NCBI GenBank assembly: GCA_965222375.1
Contig: CBDCTZ010000009.1
Location: forward strand, 1 to 64,000
Reading direction: 5' to 3'
DNA: 64,000 bases
Source of the DNA: Polyangiaceae bacterium
Lineage (GTDB): Bacteria; Myxococcota_A; Polyangia; Polyangiales; Polyangiaceae
Shown: positions 57,057-64,000 of the stretch, piece by piece
Layout: every line of letters begins with the position of its first letter
Numbering within the stretch: position 1 is the first letter of the stretch
Notes under the pieces: generated by a model
What the model saw: only the letters and a program-made list of their open reading frames with translations
What the model was told of the DNA's origin: nothing
The model's database searches: none
Program-made: the position numbers and the translations under genes

Positions 57057-58073
57057 CTACTCTCGCCCTTCCCCGCGCGGTGCGTCAGCGCAGCGGGCGG
57101 TGCGGCCGCTCGCTGCAATGTCGCTGTTCGCCAGTCCCGCGGCGACGACGCTGCATCGCCGCAGGAGTGCACCATCCAGCAACCGCGGAAGCTCTTGCAC
57201 GCTGGGGCGAGCACGAGGGTCGATTGCCAACATGCGACCGAGCAGCACCGCGAGCGAGCCCGCTGCTGCCAGGTCCAACGTCCGCGTACCGTCGTAGAAG
57301 TGTCCATACACCTCATAGTTCGGGAAGAGCGGGCTGCCCGTGACCAGTTCGTAGAGGATGGCCCCGAGGCCAAACACGACAGCCTTGGAACCCACGGGGT
57401 CCTGCGATCCGATTTCTGGTGCATGATAACGTGGGCGCGCTATCCAAGCCCCGGTCACATACCCCGCTCCAAGGCAGTCTCCCTTGAAGTCCTCCAACTT
57501 GGTCGCGCCGTCTGCGCCGATGAAAACATCGTCGGGTGAGATCCCCCTTGGTGCCAGGCCGTGTTGCTCCAGCACGTCCGTGGCTCTGGCGACGGCTGTG
57601 ATGTGGGCGACGGCACGCGGAACGGGCATTGAGCGCCCCTGCGCAAGCCAGTCGCCCAGCCGTGCCAGCCCGCACCTTCCTCGAGCGACCCAAATCGAGC
57701 GCGGTATTCGCAGCGCACCCGCTGCATGCACTTGCACTAGATTCGGGTGCAGCACGGCTCGTCGCGCGCCAGCGAAGCCTCGGACCCGTTCGTCCGAGGA
57801 CGAACCGAGGCTCAGACCCATGTACGTGAGTATCAACTCGACGAGACGTGTCGAGTCCTTCCGCCGCGCGAGATAGACTTCACTGACGTACACGTCGTCG
57901 AAGCCCACGAACTGCCGGATGATGTACGGTCCCACTTCGGCACCCGGCCCAAAGTGGGGCTCCCGAACGTCCCACCGCAAGCGGGCGAGCGCCTCGTCCA
58001 TGATCTCATCCATCGAGCTCGGTAGATCGGGATCTTTCACTTGCTGCCTGGCCTTCCCAGCCGGCTTGTCCAT
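57057..58073 (-). CDS. Ser/Thr kinase-fold protein, probable pseudokinase
   Basis: HPNLVQV, YHAPE, VFGLGAILYELVTG and MLAIDPRARPS are present, but APRGISPDDV replaces HRDLKPxN. Confidence 0.7.
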   Translation of the reverse strand: MDKPAGKARQQVKDPDLPSSMDEIMDEALARLRWDVREPHFGPGAEVGPYIIRQFVGFDDVYVSEVYLARRKDSTRLVELILTYMGLSLGSSSDERVRGFAGARRAVLHPNLVQVHAAGALRIPRSIWVARGRCGLARLGDWLAQGRSMPVPRAVAHITAVARATDVLEQHGLAPRGISPDDVFIGADGATKLEDFKGDCLGAGYVTGAWIARPRYHAPEIGSQDPVGSKAVVFGLGAILYELVTGSPLFPNYEVYGHFYDGTRTLDLAAAGSLAVLLGRMLAIDPRARPSVQELPRLLDGALLRRCSVVAAGLANSDIAASGRTARCADAPRGEGRE

Positions 58074-58128
58074 CGCGATTTGGCCGCGATGGACAACGCC
58101 AGTCTCTCGTCCCGCGCGCGAGTGTACC

Positions 58129-59190
58129 TCACTTCACCTCCACCACGTCCTGCGCCACGCCATCGATGCCGTCGTTGCTCCCCGCTTTGCCGCCCGCGCC
58201 CTTGGCGCCCAGAGCGCCGAGGGTGACCGCCGTTCCAGTGTCGACCACCGGCGCCATGGCAGCCGCGCCCTTCCACAACACCGCGACGCTCACCCCGCCC
58301 GCGGCGCCTCCGCCTGCTCCGCCGTCGGCCCCGGGGGCGCCAGCCCCACCCGGGCAAGCCGCACCGCCTCCATCAGTCCCCTTGAATCCGAATATCGGCT
58401 GCCCCGCTTGCCCCACCACGCCATCGCCCCCTTTGCCTGCGTCGCTGGTGGTGAGCGTCACGCTGGCGTCCAGCGTCAGCGGTGTGTCGAGCAAGAGCAA
58501 CGCGATGCTCGCGCCTCCGCCTTGGCCTCCGGGGCCACCCGCTCCGCCACAGCCCCCCGCGCCGCCGCCTCCTCCGCCGAAGCTCGCGTCGCTGGCTCCT
58601 CCGCCGCCGCCCTGACCCGGCGAACCCATGGCGCCATCCGCGCCGCTCGCTGGCGCCCAGCCGGTGGAGGACAGCGTGCCTAGCGTGGTCGCGCCTGCGG
58701 CGGCGGGCGTGGCGGGGGGGGAGGCGCCGTCTTCTCCTGTCCCCGTACCAAGACACGAGCCGGGAGTTCCGCCTTTTCCCGCGCTGTGATCGGGTCCACC
58801 CACAGTCCCAGCCTGACCGCTTGGCATGATGCCATCCCCACCCTTGCCCCCAATCGTCGTCATCCCGCCGGGACAGTTCCACGTCTTCAGCTTCCCCCCG
58901 TCGCCCCACTGGCATCATTGCCATTGAGGTCGGCCTGCTTCGGATAGGTAAACGGCGCCAGCGTGCCCTTGGCGCCATCCGCGCCCTTGCCGGCCTTCAA
59001 GTCCACCCGCTTCAGCGTCACCCCCCCCCGAACCCTTCGCAAACAGCGCGATGCTCGAAGCCCCCGCCGTGGTCGCGTCCCGCGCTTCGATGATGACGTC
59101 CTCGGCGTGAAAGCCGATAGCCCCATCCAACGACAGCGCTACGCCCTCCGCACTCGGAGCCAGCCTCGTCTTAGTTCGTCCGTCGGGCTC
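58129..59190 (-). pseudogene. 5'-truncated Gly-rich (PGRS-like) myxobacterial surface protein with two homopolymer frameshifts
   Basis: GGGGGGAGGCGG and GGASIAL motifs. Frames rejoin across C6 (58894-58899) and C9 (59021-59029). No start or signal peptide found. Confidence 0.6.
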
Positions 59191-59449
59191 GAGCGCTCAA
59201 GGGAAACGGGCTCTCGCTGCATCAGCCTGCTCCAAGAGCAAGGCCTGGACCGTGGTCAAGCCAATCGAGATTGCGCGACGTGCGACTAGCCTTGCTCAAC
59301 AGGGGCGTGGGGTTGCCTGACGATCCAAGCCAGCAGTCGTGATCAGCCCTGGGGTCAACGCCGTCCCAAGGCCTCCAGTCAAGCGGGAAGCGTGATCGTC
59401 GACCTGCGCACCCAGGACTGCCTGGTCGGCGTCCCACCGCCCTCCGAGG

Positions 59450-59800
59450 TCAGTTCAGAACCGTCGGCCGAAACACATCCACCGGCACGGGCTCCATCTG
59501 GCCGTGGGCCCAGTCCGTCGCCTGCCAGTTGTCGATCATCGCTTCGTCGCCACGGCACACGGGGCAGTGGGCGTGGATCCGATCGTCAGCCGTCTTGATC
59601 ACCCACACGAGGCCCAAGCAAGGTCTTCGCTTCGGCCGCTTCGAGCACGGCAGCGTCGTCTCCCTCGCGTGCAGCCTGGGCAACGTCCCACCTGCCTCGA
59701 TGAACTGCACGACCCGAAGGATCTGCTTCCGCAGCCGCCGATCTTCGGTTGGGAGCGAACCGTCCTCGTTGAGCCAATGCCACGGATCCACCACGAGCAT
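59450..59800 (-). CDS. Hypothetical protein with four Cys (possible zinc binding)
   Basis: LPC...RPC...HCPVC, plausible ATG start. Confidence 0.6.
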   Translation of the reverse strand: MLVVDPWHWLNEDGSLPTEDRRLRKQILRVVQFIEAGGTLPRLHARETTLPCSKRPKRRPCLGLVWVIKTADDRIHAHCPVCRGDEAMIDNWQATDWAHGQMEPVPVDVFRPTVLN

Positions 59801-59865
59801 GGCGGCGGAGTGTAGCCGAAGACGAGGCGATGATCTCCGCTCGCTGAACGGGTACCTTATCGCCC

Positions 59866-60261
59866 ATGTCCGACCGCGAAATCCCCCGCGAGTACCGGGG
59901 CTGGTGGCGAATCATCGAGACCTCGACTTGGGACGATCGCGGCCTCGACATCATCGGCCCGGCACTGCTCTCGATCACCGGCTACGACGACCGCCTTCGC
60001 ATGCACTGCCTCCTCGCCTACGTGAACTGCCGTGCCACGAAGACTGGGGTATCGTTCAGCTGGGAGGGTGCCTGGGAGTACGACCAGGTGACCGGGAGTG
60101 GCAGTGTGCGACTCCGCAAGGACGGCACCCTGAGCGGCAAGCTCCGCATCAAGAACGGCGACAGCAGCAACTTCATCGCCGAGCGGGCCGAGGAGCCCGA
60201 CGACCCGATCCCGAGTCCTCCGAGCTACCGTGAGAAGTGGGGTGGCCGGCGACGATGGTGA
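59866..60261 (+). CDS. Hypothetical small beta-rich protein
   Basis: Natural-looking composition (GWWRIIETSTWD...FSWEG...LSGKL) and GC-rich third positions. Confidence 0.65.
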   Translation: MSDREIPREYRGWWRIIETSTWDDRGLDIIGPALLSITGYDDRLRMHCLLAYVNCRATKTGVSFSWEGAWEYDQVTGSGSVRLRKDGTLSGKLRIKNGDSSNFIAERAEEPDDPIPSPPSYREKWGGRRRW

Positions 60262-60282
60262 CCGTTGCGAGAGCTGCGAGCC

Positions 60283-60597
60283 CTACCTGAGCAGCTTGGA
60301 CAGCGCCGAGCGGCGCATGGTGATGAAGGGGACCCCACCCGGCTTGGCGGTCGGCATCAGGAAGGTCCCTCGGTCGAGCTTCTTCATGAGCGTCCGATCG
60401 CCATCCTCGTCCACGAGGTAGAGAAGGAGCGTGTCCTGCTTCTTGTTCGTGAACAAGAACGCCGTGTCGGTTTTCGGCTCCGAGCCGAGCATGTCGGTGC
60501 AGAACGACCGGAGCTTCGTTGCCCCCCACCGCATGTTGACCGGCTTCGGGTAGACGAGCACCTTGTTGATTTGCGGGGGGATGAAAAGGTCGAGCAT
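60283..60597 (-). CDS. IS66-family accessory protein TnpB (Orf2), orphan
   Basis: PVNMRWG..KL...AFLFTNKKQDTLLLYL.D.DG..TLMKKLDRGTF matches the IS66 TnpB pattern. No TnpC adjacent. Confidence 0.8.
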   Translation of the reverse strand: MLDLFIPPQINKVLVYPKPVNMRWGATKLRSFCTDMLGSEPKTDTAFLFTNKKQDTLLLYLVDEDGDRTLMKKLDRGTFLMPTAKPGGVPFITMRRSALSKLLR

Positions 60598-60914
60598 GGT
60601 CACTTCGCGGGGCGAGACCAGCGCCGATTCGATCTCGCTTGCCGCTCCGCTCTCGCACGACGAGACACCTGGCTCAACGCCGAAGTTCACCGCCCACCAT
60701 GAACCGTCGCTAAATCGTCGGGGACCACCGCTGGATCGACGATCACCAACAGGATCTCGACGGCATCAGGCCCAGAGGCGCCGGAACCTATTTGAATCAG
60801 GTGCACCGAGCCTGAACGGGCCTCAACGAGCGTGAAACAGGGTATCGGCGACGGCGGTGGGACTCGATGGGCTTCGGTCGGGTTAGTTCCGACGATTCTC
60901 CGACGATTCCACGT

Positions 60915-61199
60915 TCAGCCCGGCAGCTTCTTCTTAGCGGCTTCCGCTAGGTCATCGAGTTCCTCGTAAAGTGCGGTCAAGTCGGCATCGACTCGGGCAA
61001 CTTCTGCGGCCCGCGAGTTGTTCGCCTTGTTGTACTGCAAGAGCTTCCGCATGAAGTTCCAGCCGTCGCCAGTCCGCCTGGCGTTCTCAATGTCGGCCCG
61101 GTGCTGCCCATCGGCCTCAAGCTGCACACCCAGCAGCTTCTCCCGCTCCTTCATCTTCGCAGCCAAGTCGTCGATTACTTGCTCCCGTGTCCTCGCCAT
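60915..61199 (-). CDS. Hypothetical coiled-coil protein
   Basis: Helical, charged sequence with natural codon use. Confidence 0.55.
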   Translation of the reverse strand: MARTREQVIDDLAAKMKEREKLLGVQLEADGQHRADIENARRTGDGWNFMRKLLQYNKANNSRAAEVARVDADLTALYEELDDLAEAAKKKLPG

Positions 61200-61352
61200 C
61201 ACCGAACCCTATCAGGGGTTGCACCACGGTGCGATGCGACGTCGCTGCTCGCGGACGAGGTGCGACTGCGGGCGGCGAGGCCGAGCACCAGAGCCGCATC
61301 ACCGCGGTGTCCTTGGTCATGCGTTTCCCGCCACTTGATCTGGTGCCGGCTT

Positions 61353-61718
61353 TCACCCGTGTCCGAAGGCGACTTCAAGGCCCATCGTGCCCTCGGTGAT
61401 CAGCACGGCCACCTCGTCCAGATCTGGGCTGGGCACCGCATTCGGATAGTTCTCGAACGTTTTTTCGAGCATCGCCAGGGTGAGGGAAAAGACGGCGCGG
61501 AAGTCGTCGTCGCGGCCGGCGCACAGCGGGTGATCGCTCTTGCTCTCGTGCGAATCGCCCTCCACATTGAGCAACGCCTGGACGGACTCGCTCGCCGTGC
61601 CGGCGAAGGGGTGGTTTGCCGCGGGCACAACGATATTGACCCACAGATCCGTCAGCGCTTCCAAGATCAGAGTGCCGTGACCGGGCGGCGTCAAATCCCG
61701 CGCGACCGCATTCATCAT
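61353..61718 (-). CDS. Hypothetical protein, translationally coupled to the upstream gene
   Basis: ATGA overlap at 61715-61718 with GGAGG upstream. Confidence 0.6.
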   Translation of the reverse strand: MMNAVARDLTPPGHGTLILEALTDLWVNIVVPAANHPFAGTASESVQALLNVEGDSHESKSDHPLCAGRDDDFRAVFSLTLAMLEKTFENYPNAVPSPDLDEVAVLITEGTMGLEVAFGHG

Positions 61719-63163
61719 CGCGGCCTCCACGTGGTCGCCCTGGTTGCGATGCCACCGCGCCATCTGCGGCAGGCGGCGATGAGCCTTGCGCGACCGATGT
61801 CCTCCAGCAGGCGACGCTGCAGATCCGACCGCCAGTCCATCGTATCTAGTGCCGACTGGATCATGTTCGCCAGATCCCGAGGACGGTACCAAGCGCGATA
61901 AGCGTTGCTCTCGAGCAACGCCGCGAGCTTCGACGGCGAGCAAACCGCGCCGTCGGGGCGTACCAGCTCCACGCTTCCATTCTCGTCCTGCGCGGGGTGC
62001 GCGCACAGCATTTGCACAGCAGCATTCTCGATGTACAGCGCTGCATCGAATGCGGCGCCGGGCCCACTGCGCGGGTTCAGTGAGTCAGGCGGGTGCTTCT
62101 CAGCCCAGGTGGCGAAGCCGGCGCGGATCAGCGTCAACGCCAGCTGGGCATCGATGCTGGCAAGCGGACGGTCCATGAGTTCGTCTGGCACTGCGCATTC
62201 CGGAACGCTCCGTTCGCACCGGCCAGCGACCACCCCGTCCACACCGAGCAAGACGTATGCATGGGTTCCGCCGGGCCGCGGCGTCGCCATCCAGGCAGCG
62301 AGCACGTAGTCGCCCCAGGTGTCTGCCGGGCTGAACCAGAACTCTGCTGATTGGAACCACTCTTCTCGCACCGTCTCCGCGCTTGGCCCGTCGAAACAGG
62401 CGCGCGCGGCTTCGTCGATGAGCTTGGCCACCTCGGCCGTAACCATCTCTTCGGGGCGCAGTGCCCGCTGCCTTGCGTCACAGTGCGCGAGACGCAGCAG
62501 GTACTCCGTGGTTCTGCAGCCGGTGGCAGAGAGACGCCTCAGAATCTCGCCATGCCAGGGGGCGGAGTCGAGGCTGGCGTGACAGTGCGCGAACGCGTAG
62601 GGCATCCCGGCCCGCTGGCGGATCCGCTCGACGAACGCGTAGCGTGATTCCCCGTCGTCGGGATCCCACATCAGCGAAGCGAGGTAGCTCGAGACGTTCT
62701 CGACACTGCCGTGCTTCGAGAATCCGCAGTCTCCGAAAAAGTCTATTTCGATCGCGCGCATCTCCTCGTCCGCCAAAGCCGGAGCTTCGACGTTGCCCCA
62801 CCAACTCTGCATGACCTGATATGCGAGCGCTCGCGCCCCAGTCGAGTATTCGCGGGAGGCGAAGATCTCCCAGACCCGAGGACGAGCCTTCTCGCGATTT
62901 TCCTCGGGCACTTGCAGGAACACGTCCTCCACCGCGTCACGAAACGAGCCCCGATCTGCGAGATCCCCCCACAGCAGGAACACCTCCTCGATGATCGCGT
63001 CGGGAGTGAGCTCGGGAAACACTTCGAACACGAGCGACCGGTTGTCGTCGTCTTCCGTCATCAACCAGGTCAACGCGCGGATGGCGACGTTCTCAATCGT
63101 CCTGAGCGGCGACGGCGATTCAGTCGTGCTCTTGTCTTTTTGAACCAACAGGAACTTGCGCAT
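61715..63163 (-). CDS. Hypothetical protein (482 aa)
   Basis: Long ORF with strong GGAGGAGG RBS. No motif recognised. Confidence 0.7.
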   Translation of the reverse strand: MRKFLLVQKDKSTTESPSPLRTIENVAIRALTWLMTEDDDNRSLVFEVFPELTPDAIIEEVFLLWGDLADRGSFRDAVEDVFLQVPEENREKARPRVWEIFASREYSTGARALAYQVMQSWWGNVEAPALADEEMRAIEIDFFGDCGFSKHGSVENVSSYLASLMWDPDDGESRYAFVERIRQRAGMPYAFAHCHASLDSAPWHGEILRRLSATGCRTTEYLLRLAHCDARQRALRPEEMVTAEVAKLIDEAARACFDGPSAETVREEWFQSAEFWFSPADTWGDYVLAAWMATPRPGGTHAYVLLGVDGVVAGRCERSVPECAVPDELMDRPLASIDAQLALTLIRAGFATWAEKHPPDSLNPRSGPGAAFDAALYIENAAVQMLCAHPAQDENGSVELVRPDGAVCSPSKLAALLESNAYRAWYRPRDLANMIQSALDTMDWRSDLQRRLLEDIGRARLIAACRRWRGGIATRATTWRPR

Positions 63164-63489
63164 GGTTGGCTTTCCTCCTCCCCGTCTGCCCGTGCGACAG
63201 CAGCCACAGCGGCGACTCTAGCAGCAATTCACTCGCGGCATTTGCCACACTCGCCACGTGCGGCCATCGCCGCACATCGCGCGGCGCGCGTGCGTGCGCG
63301 GCCGGACTATTGCGCGACTGTAGGCAGCCATCCCCGGCACATCGGTCAGTTCAAGCGCCGGAAATGGTCCGGCAGCGCGGCGTTGCCGGCCAGACACGGA
63401 AGCGAGACGCAACTGAGGGCCGCAGCGGCCGAGGATCTGCTCATGCCCCAGGCCGCACGCCCAGATGACGCGCCCTCGAAGGTGGCCGC

Positions 63490-63837
63490 ATGAGGAGGAT
63501 CTTGCTGGTCGACGACAGCACGGAGCTGCTTCGCGGCCTGCAACGCAGTCTCCGTCGCCTCGGTCACCAAGTCGTCGCGGCCTCCAGCGCCGCACAAGCG
63601 CTCTCATTGAGCGAGGTCGTCGACGTCGGCGTGTTCGACTACCACTTGGAAGGGGGACAAACCGGGGATCGCGTCGCGCGCGTCCTTCACGCCAAGAAAC
63701 TGGTGCGTCACGTCGTGTTCTTCTCCAGCGAACACGCCCCGTCGGATCTCGGCCCAACCATCCTCAAACCCAACGTCCCAGAGCTACTCCGCACCGTCAC
63801 TGCGCTGCTCGCGGCAGCGGGGCCGACCGGCCAGTGA
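63490..63837 (+). CDS. Single-domain response regulator (receiver)
   Basis: RILLVDDS, GVFDYHL (phospho-acceptor Asp), ILKP. Confidence 0.85.
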   Translation: MRRILLVDDSTELLRGLQRSLRRLGHQVVAASSAAQALSLSEVVDVGVFDYHLEGGQTGDRVARVLHAKKLVRHVVFFSSEHAPSDLGPTILKPNVPELLRTVTALLAAAGPTGQ

Positions 63838-64000
63838 CCTCCGACCAATTCTTCGTCGACCTCACATGCTTCCAGATCTTCCTCTCACATCGGATCTGGA
63901 ACGAAGACGTATTGTTCCTCACCGATGCCCATCTGTTCCGGGGTGGCGCGCTTGATAGTCCCAGTTAGGCGTATGGACGTTCGGGCGGGGAACGAGCACT

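Larger units (their letters stand above)
55131..64000. mobile_element. Probable second genomic island (tRNA-His targeted); continues beyond the window
   Basis: att-like fragment marks the switch from housekeeping genes to hypothetical/decayed genes and an IS66 accessory gene. No integrase in view. Confidence 0.6.

Noticed and set aside
60283..60597. RNA-guided TnpB (IS200/IS605 type)
   Set aside because: This is the short, unrelated IS66 accessory protein. It has no RuvC or zinc-finger motifs.
60888..60910. Tandem TCCGACGATTC duplication
   Set aside because: Only two copies with no supporting context.

Overview
High-GC bacterial DNA, most consistent with a myxobacterium (Myxococcota, Polyangiaceae-like). 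This is inferred from a MYXO-CTERM-type tail, a myxobacterial Cys-rich repeat, an FHA-sigma54 activator, Ser/Thr kinases and Gly-rich lipoproteins. The window has three parts. (1) 1-28945 is a genomic island integrated at the 3' end of tRNA-Gly(GCC). It carries a tyrosine integrase with five GTGGTACTCC repeats and an excisionase-like gene. It also has two nuclease-free proteins made of 8 and 5 tandem AP2 domains. Next is a putatively sigma54-driven operon of about 18 kb: FGE-type lipoprotein, 2.4-kaa lipoprotein with TcA-like features, Cys-repeat lipoprotein, SpvB/TcB-RHS fusion with a papain-like tip, and a candidate immunity gene. A primase-helicase/XRE/HNH-like module lies at the left end. 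(2) About 29.1-55.0 kb is core-like DNA: aminotransferase, degenerate FHA-bEBP, CBS protein, a vWA/tubulin-like/tubulin-like/inactive membrane helicase operon, S8 protease, EEP nuclease, kinase, CAP protein, frr and PP2C. (3) 55131 to the window end is a probable second island, starting at a tRNA-His 3'-end duplicate and carrying hypothetical and decayed genes. Several single-base frameshifts, mostly in homopolymers, suggest long-read assembly error. All family calls come from motif recognition by eye; no searches were run.
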